Source of the DNA: Styela clava
Lineage: Eukaryota
NCBI RefSeq assembly: GCF_964204865.1
Contig: NC_135251.1
Span: forward strand, 12,214,001-12,278,000
DNA: 64,000 nucleotides
Direction of reading: 5' to 3'
The notes below the pieces were generated by a model. It ran no database searches. It was given only the letters and a program-made list of their open reading frames with translations, and had not been told where the DNA came from. Both the position numbers and the translations under genes were made by a program. Positions 27,901-39,900 of the stretch are shown here, piece by piece; position 1 is the first letter of the stretch; the number at the start of each line of letters is the position of its first letter.

Positions 27901-30900
27901 TGTTTAACTAATTGAAGATGAAGTTTTTCACGCCAACGCTGATGCTTATAATTGGAGTTCGATTACCATACAAAGAAATGCACTGATTGGCATGTTGGTT
28001 CTATTCTATTCACACACTAAATGCTTATCCGCATTTGTTTAGGATAGTTTGACTTTATTGTTTAGATCTGTTGATGAATAGACGGATAACTTGGTATACT
28101 TGGTCAATTGTAATACGTCGTCGAATCATATACATAATTCGTTACAAACTAAATCGATTTCGAATATTGATAAAAATGAGAATTTTGATGTATGCAAGAA
28201 GATTTGAAAGTAAGTGAACTTTACCACATAAATTGTTGTAAAAACTATTGCATATACTGCAGATACTATTGTCCACAATAACCGGGAAAAGACTGAATTC
28301 CTGAAAAACAGATTTGTTTTCAAAGATAGCGCAAAATGAATATGCGTAATATTAAAATTCATTCTGTTAGAGCTGCTGATCAATGGACCATGGTATTTAC
28401 ATTCATGTCTTCAACATTCTTTGGATATCTTAATCTAATGCCATTTCCAGTATTTTTATTATACCTTCTTTATAGTTTCTTTAATGACTTTCGTCAATTT
28501 TTTTGGTCAAAGTTATTCACACATACTTTTATTTCGTCGATTCAGAAAAATGTGGATTGCCCGCATTGGGTTGCAGTCATGATTGCGATCTTTCGTCAGA
28601 GAAATGCATATGCTCTGCTGGTATGACTTTAGGTGGAATAGGAGGCAAAACTTGTGTATGGAATGAAGGTAATAATCAGTTATTCGATGTAGAATAATGC
28701 ATAATTCTTTGGACACAAAGATTTCCAAATATTAATTAGTATAGCCTACTTATGCAGGTATATAATCTTTTTCAACTAAACCTTCATTTTCCTTAACCTG
28801 GTACAATTTGTACGATTGAACAGAACATATTTTTTTATTATGTACTCGGCAGATTCATTTTTGAAAAATTTTAGTCCTCAAAATATCAATTTTTCTAGTT
28901 GAGGCGTCAATGGTAGTGTTAACATATTTGCATTATTTCTATTATCACAAAGATTTTGATAATAAACTTGGCTTTATTCTAGATTTCATTGAAAATGGTG
29001 ATCTTCCGCTGACTCCAGAATTTGCATACATAGTTCGGTTATTGATTTTCTACAGACAAGAGTTGATGCTAGTTAGCACAATGGAAGAAATTGTTCCATT
29101 GGAAAAAACTGAAAGTGAGAAGGAGGCCGATGGTATGTATATATACTGCATTCAAATTACATGTTATGTAGTTAGCCGTGATAAAATGATATCATATCAT
29201 ATCAAGTGGGTCATTTTCTGTTTTATGTTTTCAAATTGTGTTTAAGTATTTGTTCAAAAATTTTTTTTTTGAAAATGATGAACACAAACCAACAAATTTT
29301 AGATTTAATAAGACAATGAATTAAAATGTTATGCTCAGAAACGCCTTGTTTTGGTTGAAACAAAGAATACTTTGTTCTACCTTAACCTTAAGCCTTATTG
29401 TGTTTAGATGCATTGAAGCAATTTGAAAACAAAGACAAAAATCTCGAACATGTTCTTCTGATGATTCTTGAGAATTACAGAAAGGATCAATTCATTGGAA
29501 AAGATTTAGACTCTCCGGATGCAATGCAAGATAAAATTACAGTTGCACAGGCTATATCATACCAAGAAATAATTTCGCTTGAGAAATTAATACAAAACAC
29601 TCAAGAAATAGACAAGATATTAGACGAGGTTGAAGGTAAAAGTGAAGGTATGACAATATACAGATTTTTATGATTGTCTATTATCTATATGAATCGACTA
29701 ATATGCACTATGCACTGAATTTATCAGTATGAGTGAATTCAATGCTATTGGTCAATAGTGAATGATACAAACGAATTTTTTTTTTAAATGTATTTATATT
29801 TTTCATATATATCATAATTGTCATGCTTCACATTATTAATCTTTGAAATACATGATTAAAATAAATGTTTATTATAATAGCTGACACACAAAAAGTTTCA
29901 ATCAATGAAAAGCTTTTGGAAGTCACAGCCAAATCAAGACTGATGATGGCCATGCAGAAAATCAAATCACAACTCGGGAAACGTGATGGTGAGAGATAAA
30001 AATATTTCTTTTAATAATTTTGAAATTAATTTTTTAAATATGAACCTTCGATAAATATATAGTATTAATGCACATGATTTTCAATTTGGCCCTTAATTCA
30101 AAAAGGATGCAATCATGAATAGAAACAATGTAAATACAGATGTTTTCTAAAGTGTACAGGGTGGTAGCTAAGAAAATAGAAAATTTGTCAAACAGCTATT
30201 CATTTTTACAAATGATGATTTGAAAACGAGCAAGTTAATCTTCAAAATGCCGCACGAGCTTAGACTTCTAGGTTAAGACACTGCTCGGAAGTCTACGGAC
30301 AACGTTTTGAGAATCTATGAGTATAATATAACATATGACTTTAAAATCGTGGAGAAGATTGTTCTTTGTAAGAAGTAAATACTGTTTGACAAATTTTCTG
30401 TTTTCTGGCGACCACCATGTATATATAGGAATGTAAACACATGTGCAATATATTCGAAGCAATAGGAAGTTTTGGGTTAGTTTACGACTAATTGGATTTA
30501 TTATTTGAATAGATGTACAAGAAGAAGATGATTCAAATTATCAAGTTTTGAATGCAATTGTTGAGGTTAATAGGAAACTGAAAGAACTAAAAGAAACAAC
30601 TGATTATGAAAGATCCAAATCGAAGGATGACGAAGATAGCCCCAAGACGGAGGGTGGCAAAGATAGCCCCAAGACGAAGGATGGCGAAGATAGCCCCAAG
30701 ACGGAGGATGGCGAAGATAGCCCCAAGACGAAGAATGGCGCAGATAGCCCCAAGACGGAGGGTGGCAAAGATAGCCCCAAGACAAAGGATGGCGAAGATA
30801 GCCCCAAGACGAAGGGTGGCAAAGATAGCCCCAAGACGAAGGATGGCGAAGATAGCCCCAAGACGAAGGATGGTGAAGATAGCCCTAAGAAGGAGGATGG

Positions 30901-33900
30901 CGAAGATAGTCCCAAGACGAAGGATGGCGAAGATAGCCCTAAGACGAAGGATGGCGAAGATAGCCCCAAGACGAAGGATGGCGAAGATAGCCCCAAGAAG
31001 AAGGATGGCGAAGATAGCCCTAAGACAAAGGATGGCGAAGATAGCCCCAAGACGAAGGATGGCAAAGATAGCCCCAAGACGAAGGATGGCAAAGATAGCC
31101 CCAAGACGAAGGGTGGCGAAGATAGCCCTAAGACGAAGGATGGCGAAGATAGCCCCAAGACGAAGGATGGCGAAGATAGCCCCAAGAAGAAGGATGGCGA
31201 AGATAGCCCCAAGACGAAGGATGGCGAAGATAGCCCCAGGACGAAGGATGGCGAAGATAGCCCCAAGACGAAGGATGGCGAAGATAGCCCTAAGACGAAG
31301 GATGGCGAAGATAGCCCCAAGACGAAGGATGGCGAAGATAGCCCCAAGACGAAGGATGGCGAAGATAGCCCCAAGACGAAGGATGGCGAAGATAGCCCCA
31401 AGACGAAGGATGGCGAAGATAGTCCCAAGACGAAGGATGGCGAAGATAGCCCCAGGACGAAGGATGGCGAAGATAGCCCCAAGACGAAGGATGGCGAAGA
31501 TAGCCCTAAGACGAAGGATGGCGAAGATAGCCCCAATACGAAGGATGGCGAAGATAGCCCCAAGACGAAGGATGGCGAAGATAGCCCCAAGACGAAGGAT
31601 GGCGAAGATAGCCCTAAGACGAAGGATGGCGAAGATAGCCCCAAGACGAAGGATGGCGAAGATAGCCCCAAGACGAAGGATGGCGAAGATAGCCCCAAGA
31701 CGAAGGATGGCGAAGATAGCCCTAAGACGAAGGATGGCGAAGATAGCCCCAAGACGAAGGATGGCGAAGATAGCCCCAAGACGAAGGATGGCGAAGATAG
31801 CCCTAAGACGAAGGATGGCGAAGATAGCCCCAAGACGAAGGATGGCGAAGATAGCCCCAAGACGAAGGATGGCGAAGATAGCCCTAAGACGAAGGATGGC
31901 GAAGATAGCCCTAAGACGAAGGATGGCGAAGATAGCCCCAAGACGAAGGGTGGCAAAGATAGCCCCAAGACGAAGGATGGCGAAGATAGCCCCAAGACGA
32001 AGGGTGGCGAAGATAGCCCCAAGACGAAGGATGGCGAAGATAGCCCCAAGACGAAGGATGTCGAAGATAGCCCCAAGACGAAGGATGGCGAAGATAGCCC
32101 CAAGACGAAGGATGGCGAAGATAGCCCCAAGACGGAGGATGGCGAAGATAGCCCCAAGACGAAGGATGGCGAAGATAGCCCCAAGACGAAGGATGGCGAA
32201 GATAGCCCCAAGACGAGGGATGGCGAAGATAGTCCTAAGACGAAGGATGGCGAAGATAGTCCTAAGACGAAAGATGGCGAAGATAGCCCCAAGACGACGG
32301 ATGGCGAAGATAGCCCCAAGACGAAGGATGGCGAAGATAGCCCCAAGACGAAGGATGGCGAAGATAGCCCCAAGACGAAGGATGGCGAAGATAGCCCCAA
32401 GACAAAGGATGGCGAAGATAGCCCCAAGACAAAGGATGGCGAAGATAGCCCCAAGACGACGGATGGCGAAGATAGCCCCAAGACGACGGATGGCGAAGAT
32501 AGCCCCAAGACGAAGGATGGCGAAGATAGCCCCAAGACGAAGGATGGCGAAGATAGCCCCAAGACGAAGGATGGCGAAGATAGCCCCAAGACGAAGGGTG
32601 GCGAAGATAGCCCCAAGACGAAGGATGGCGAAGATAGCCCCAAGACGAAGGATGGCGAAGATAGTCCCAAGACGAAGGGTGGCAAAGATAGCCCCAAGAC
32701 AAAGGATGGCGAAGATAGCCCCAAGACGATGGATGGCGAAGATAGCCCCAAGACGAAGGATGGCGAAGATAGCCCCAAGACGAAGGATGGCGAAGATAGC
32801 CCCAAGACGAAAGATGGCGAAGATAGCCCCAAGACGAAGGATGGCGAAGATAGCCCCAAGACGAAGGATGGCGAAGATAGCCCCAAGACGAAGGATGGCG
32901 AAGATAGTCCCAAGACGAAGGGTGGCAAAGATAGCCCCAAGACGAAGGATGGCGAAGATAGCCCCAAGACGAAGGGTGGCAAAGATAGCCCTAAGACGAA
33001 GGATGGCGAAGATAGCCCCAAGACGAAGGATGGCGAAGATAGCCCCAAAACGAAGGATGGCGAAGATAGTCCCAAGACGAAGGGTGGCAAAGATAGCCCC
33101 AAGACGAAGGGTGGCAAAAATAGCCCCAAGACGAAGGATGGCGAAGATAGCCCCAAGACGAAGGATGGCGAAGATAGCCCCAAGACGAAGGATGGCGAAG
33201 ATAGTCCCAAGACGAAGGGTGGCGAAGATAGCCCCAAGACGAAGGATGGCGAAGATAGTCCCAAGACGAAGGGTGGCAAAGATAGCCCCAAGACGAAGGA
33301 TGGCGAAGATAGCCCCAAGACGAAGGATGGCGAAGATAGCCTCAAGACGAAGGATGGCGAAGATAGCCCCAAGACGAAGGATGGCGAAGATAGTCCCAAG
33401 ACGAAGGGTGGCAAAGATAGCCCCAAGACGAAGGATGGCGAAGATAGCCCCAAGACGAAGGATGGCGAAGATAGCCCCAAGACGAAGGATGGCGAAGATA
33501 GCCCCAAGACGAAGGATGGCGAAGATAGCCCCAAGACGAAGGATGGCGAAGATAGCCCCAAGACGAAGGATGGCGAAGATAGCCCCAAGACGAAGGATGG
33601 CGAAGATAGCCCCAAGACGAAGGATGGCGAAGATAGTCCCAAGACGAAGGGTGGCAAAGATAGCCCCAAGACGAAGGATGGCGAAGATAGCCCCAAGACG
33701 AAGGGTGGCAAAGATAGCCCCATGACGAAGGATGGCGAAGATAGCCCCAAGACAAAAGATGGCGAAGATAGCCCCAAGACGAAGGATGGAGAAGATAGCC
33801 CCAAGACGAAGGATGGCGAAGATAGTCCCAAGACGAAGGGTGGCAAAGATAGCCCCAAGACAAAGGATGGCGAAGATAGCCCCAAGACGACGGATGGCGA

Positions 33901-36900
33901 AGATAGCCCCAAGACGAAGGATGGCGAAGATAGCCCCAAGACGAAGGATGGCGAAGATAGCCCCAAGACGAAGGATGGCGAAGATAGCCCTAAGACGAAG
34001 GATGGCGAAGATAGCCCCAAGACGAAGGATGGCGAAGATAGCCCCAAGACGAAGGATGGCGAAGATAGCCCCAAGACGAAGGATGGCGAAGATAGCCCCA
34101 AGACGAAGGATGGCGAAGATAGCCCCAAGACGAAGGATGGCAAAGATAGCCCCAAGACGAAGGATGGCGAAGATAGCCCCAAGACGAAGGATGGCGAAGA
34201 TAGCCCCAAGACGAAGGATGGCGAAGATAGCCCCAAGACGAAGGATGGCGAAGATAGCCCCAAGACGAAGGATGGCGAAGATAGCCCCAAGACGAAGGAT
34301 GGCGAAGATAGCCCCAAGACGAAGGATGGCGAAGATAGCCCCAAGACGAAGGGTGGCAAAGATAGCCCCAAGACGAAGGATGGCGAAGATAGCCCCAAGA
34401 CGAAGGATGGCGAAGATAGCCCCAAGACGAAGGGTGGCAAAGATAGCCCCAAGACGAAGGATGGCGAAGATAGCCCCAAGACGAAGGATGGCGAAGATAG
34501 CCCCAAGACGAAGGATGGCGAAGATAGCCCCAAGACGAAGGATGGCGAAGATAGCCCCAAGACAAAGGATGGCGAAGATAGTCCCAAGACGAAGGATGGC
34601 GAAGATAGCCCCAAGACGAAGGATGGCGAAGATAGTCCCAAGACGAAGGATGGCGAAGATAGCCCCAAGACGAAGGATGGCGAAGATAGCCCCAAGACGA
34701 AGGATGGCGAAGATAGTCCCAAGACGAAGGGTGACAAAGATAGCCCCAAGACGAAGGATGGCGAAGATAGCCCCAAGACGAGGGATGGCGAAGATAGCCC
34801 CAAGACGAAGGATGGCGAAGATAGCCTCAAAACGAAGGGTGGCAAAGATAGCCCCAAGACGAAGGATGGCGAAGATAGCCCCAAGACGGAGGGTGGCAAA
34901 GATAGCCCCAACACGAAGGATGGCGAAGAAAGCCCCAAGACGAAGGATGGCGAAGATAGCCCCAAGACAAAGTATGACAAAGATAGCCCCAAGACGAAGG
35001 ATGGCGAAGATAGCCCCAAGACGAAGAATGGCGAAGATAGCCCCAAGACGGAGGGTGACAAAGATAGCCCTAAGACGAAGGGTGGCAAAGATAGTCCCAA
35101 GACGAAGGATGGCGAAGATAGTCCCAAGACAAAGAATGGCGAAGATAGCCCCAAGACGAAGGATGGCGAAGATAGCCCCAAGACGAAGAGTGGCAAAGAT
35201 AGCCCCAAAACGGAGGATGGCGAAGATAGCCCCAAGACGAAGGATGGCGAAGATAGCCCCAAGACGAAGAGTGGCAAAGATAGCCCCAAGACGGAGGATG
35301 GCGAAGATAGCCCCAAGACGAAGGATGGAAAAGATAGCCCCAAGACGAAGGATGGCGAAGATAGTCCCAAGACGAAGGGTGGCAAAGATAGCCCCAAGAC
35401 GATGGGTGGCAAAGATATCCCCAAACCAAAGGATGGCGAAGATAGCCCCAAGACGAAGGATGGCGAAGATAGCCCCAAGACGAAGGATGGCGAAAATAGT
35501 CCCAAATCAAGAAGAGTTGAATATAATGAAGATGAAAAACATCTCAAAGAAAATGAACGTGGTGACGGAAGTGGAGATAGCCGATGTAAGCCCAATTCAT
35601 CTTAAAATATGTTTATTTGGTATACAATCCATTCTATGTATTTGTTTTTAAATGATATCTTCTTAGCAATTGAGAGATCACAAAACACGATCCTTCCAAT
35701 TAAAACACTGTTTTTTTGGCGGGGATGATTGTTATCGTTTGCATTAAAGTAACGTAATACTAATATCTAATAGATAATTACTGAGATTAAAATTAATATT
35801 AAATGTTCAGTTTGCTCCATACATGTATTTGTTTAGTTATAATTAGTTCTGATATATTTGAGAAATTTTATTTTGAATGTTTAGATGAGAACGCAAAGTA
35901 TGAAAAATCACCCGATCAACTTTTATATGAGATTGAAAAATCATTAGAAGATGATAAAGGTAAATTATATGCTATCAGTAGAATTAATTTTCCTTTTGCA
36001 ATTTGTACCTTTAACATATAAGAAACTGCCTTCTTACTAACATATCTTACTTGTTTTGATGATAGAGTGTGAAATAGTTCCTAATACATACATACTTTGT
36101 ACGAACTTTGTTAAGGTAATAAATAACACATATTCGGGGTAATATTTATTACTTTTGTCGATAATAGATTCTACTTTCTCTAAGAGTAACTCGGTGCATT
36201 TAAAAATAACAACAAGGTTTTTTCACGCATAGAAAATGATTTGAAACTTGAGCAGTTAAAGGAGTTGCTGCTAGAAGAAATGAAGGATCAATTCAAAAAG
36301 CAAAATGTCGCGTTAGCTGAGAGAGCAGAGCATGCAATGAGATGTGGACACACAAAACAGGATAATCATGAAAATGCAAATGTGGTTCATCCAGAAGGAT
36401 CTTGTAAAATCAAAGGTATTTTAGTGTGATCGATCATGTGTGATATTAGGGAAACTGTTCTATTTTTTGTGAATACATTTAAAAAGTGTAGGATCGACTG
36501 ACTATGGAAAAAAGCAAAACTTGTGACTTCTTTATTTATAATCACTTTCTAACGGGCACTGCTCTTGTTTTAAGTATAAATCTAGAATAGAAACAGCCTG
36601 CTTATATATTTTAGAAATCAGTTTAGTGTAAATAGAAATTAAAAGATTTAAATGGATTTGTATATGATTGTAAAGTCTAAATAAATTTCCATATCAAAAG
36701 CCAAAATTTTTTAATTACCCAACAGAAAAAGACTTTGCTATACTAGAAGAAGCAGACAAACAAGTTGAAACAGTGATGAAAGAAGCATATAAAGCATTGG
36801 AGTTCGGCAATAACAAGAAAGAAGGTTTGAGATTTATTCACAAATATCACAATATAAGAAAAAAATATTATAAGTATTTATATTTCCTGTATACTAGACC

Positions 36901-39900
36901 TCAAGAAGATGTTACTTTTGAAAAAGAAGTTAGAATCAGTGTCTGAGATTTTCAATGCTGCTGATGACATTGAGACAATGGCATTTGGGTCAAACAAAAC
37001 TATCTCTGGTAAATAATTTTTTCTGTTCAGTATTTTTTCATTGTTTCTTGAGTTTTTTTTTTCAGGTTGTCAAACACTGATTTATGAATATTTGAGCATT
37101 TTTCATTATTTATGATTGCATATTACTCGAGGTAATGTCATATAAATTCATAACAATGCGATTGTTACTATTGTTTTGTTAATATTCCGTTATTGGACAT
37201 ATAGCATTCTCTAATTTCCGACAATTTAATATGCTGTGTATTTCATTAGCAGATGTAATGGACCAAATAAAAACTAGTATACTAGAAGAGATACCTGACC
37301 ATCACTTGGAGGCTTCAAATATAGATGTATTGAGAGGTAAGTGAGATATGAAAAAAGTATAGACTACATATCGAATGAAATGGCTGCTTATACTTACATG
37401 AAGTAAAATACATATATTCGTACATCATCCATAAAATACCTGCCTACCTTTCGATCTTTTCCATAAAACATTTATTTGGCATTTTTGTTATGAATCGAAT
37501 ATTTACTATGGATCTATTATAGCTCTATTGTTGAGGACAAAAATAACTTGGTATACATGGACAATTGTTATACGTCGACGATTCATTTATATCTTTCGGT
37601 ATAAACTTCAAGAATTTAGAATGATAATAAAAATGAAGATTTTGATTTATGCAAACACATTTAAAGGTAAGTTTACTTACGTACATAAAATATTTTATTT
37701 GAAAGCATCACTGATAGTAAATTTGTTTAAAGGAAATTGTAAAATATCCGAATTTGGATGCAGTCATGACTGCGATATTTTGTCAAAAAAATGCATCTGT
37801 CCGCATGGAATGAAACTTGACTCGGAGACAAAAACGTGCCAATGGAACGAAGGTATTTTATTTTATCTATATATTAATTTGTTTTAATTGCTGTTAACCG
37901 TTTCTTCATTACTATAATATACATCTATAAAAATGGTGCAGCAAATCATTCTCTATTAGCATGCGTGTGTATTTTGATTTTTTTTCAGACTTTATAGCTG
38001 AAGGGGAACTTACAGATCTTCATCAAGATATTGTTCGTTTGATACTATTATACAGACAAGAGTATATGTTAATGAAGACTGTAGCCGAAATGATTCCTGA
38101 AGATAAATCTCCAGAAGAAGAAACTGCAGAAGGTGCAAATTGTTAAAATGTTGAAATTTAAAACAATTTGCAATTTCGCAATTTTATTCATTGTTATACA
38201 TCAATATGAATGGCTTTTTAAAAAAGCTTTTCAAAATAGATAAATTTTCTGATGGTCATGAAATAAGTTTTTTGTATTACGGTAGACATGATGCAATTGG
38301 TTGTTTTTATTATAACCTGTATTACTTTATTGGATAAGCTTGAATATGAATATATTAGTTTTCTACTTCATTTAAGAATTATTTGATGCATTGGTTTTGT
38401 TTATAGTAACCTTCCATGGCTTATTCTAATTTTTTTTTTACTTCACTCTAGATAATGTTACGCGCAGTCCAATGGAGTTTCTTTCAATCGTCCATAAAAA
38501 CAAATTATGACAATATAAAATACCAAAACAACATTAGTAGGACTACACCAAATACTAATAACTATTTCTGTACTTTTTCCCCGAATTATCCCAGGAGTTT
38601 TAAAAGATGCTGAAAATGAATGGAATGGTAAAGAAGATATACTTGAAGTCATTGTTAAAAATAAGCAAAATGAATTGAAAAAAGAACTGAAGGAAGTTAA
38701 ATCTCCGTCTGACGAGGAACTTTTCAAGAAAAGCAAAGCCTTACAAGAAACAATTAATCTTCTCAAACGAATTAAAAAATCTGATGAGTTGAATAAAATA
38801 ATCAAAATGGCTAAAGATACAGGTGAGCGTAAAATGATAATTATTCAGACAGAATCGTCTGAATTATTAGCTGGTGACCTTCTAATTAAATGTCAGTGTT
38901 AATCTTTGCACTGCATTTTGACATATCTTTATCATTTGATTAACTAAGGAAAACGGATTGTATATTTGAAAAAAATAATGAGCATGTCAATGAAAAATAT
39001 TTCTAATTATCAATGCAGCAGCTTCACTGTTTGTCAATCGATCGAAAGAAAAATTAATATATTTTAATTAAATAGGCAAAGATAATGACAGTTCCATGTC
39101 TGCAGAGATACTGACTTTGACAGCAAAGGCAAGAATGGATACTGTGATGCAAAGACTTGAAAAAGAGTTGACAGGTAAGCAATTATTTATTGAAAACAAC
39201 CTGAAATTTTACTTATTTTAATATACCGATATCTGTTTATTTCAGACTCAAATTTAGAGGAATCACCGGAATCTCAATACAATATTTTGTACTCATTAAC
39301 AAAAGCGACCAAGGAATTTAAAGAATTGAATGAAATTCCAAGCAAAGATATGAATGTTGGAGATGGTATGTGTGTATATGTTCCATACATAAATCAGCAA
39401 ACAACAAACAACTATTTTTTTTTTAATTCCAATTTTTAGATGAAAAAGTGAAAGAAGATATATCAAATATTTCAGCAAATATTGAGTATGAAAAAAGCAA
39501 AGAGCTTTTGGATGAAATTGACAAAATTTCTTTCGGAGATGTTGAAGGTTTGCTCAATGGCATCTTCCTAAAAATTAATGCAGTCCTTCAAAACAATCAT
39601 GTTCGATTCAACCAATCGACATTCTTCAAACACCCATTTTTTAATGAAGCTGCTTTAATAATTTCAGACAAAGAGCAAATTTTAGGAAAAATAAAAGAAA
39701 AATTAGAACGTGACATCGAAGAAAAGATGCAGAAACATGAGCTTGAGGTTGCAGAAAAAAAAGAAAAAAGAGAAAAATGTAAAAAGGAGAATCCGGCCGG
39801 AAAAGAAAATGAAAAATCACCTCACGAAAACTGTGGGGAAGAAAGTGGTAAAAATAATAGTTCAAAGGATAAACTTGTTTTTACTGAAAAACCCAATTTG

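Noticed and set aside
30623-35508. CRISPR-like array
   Set aside because: Repeats are contiguous with no unique spacers, there are no cas genes, and the context is an intron-rich eukaryotic gene.
30604-35595. 1663-aa antisense ORF (VLGLSSPSF)n and shorter WGYLRHPSS ORFs
   Set aside because: These are the mirror image of a stop-free 27-bp repeat. They have no independent splice or context support, and the sense KTKDGEDSP frame joins the flanking exons in phase.
30606-35651. Protamine-like (RRRMAKIAP)n ORFs in the +1 frame
   Set aside because: The frame is interrupted by a TGA at ~33723. Common variants are synonymous in the KTKDGEDSP frame but non-synonymous here, and the frame does not connect to neighbouring exons.
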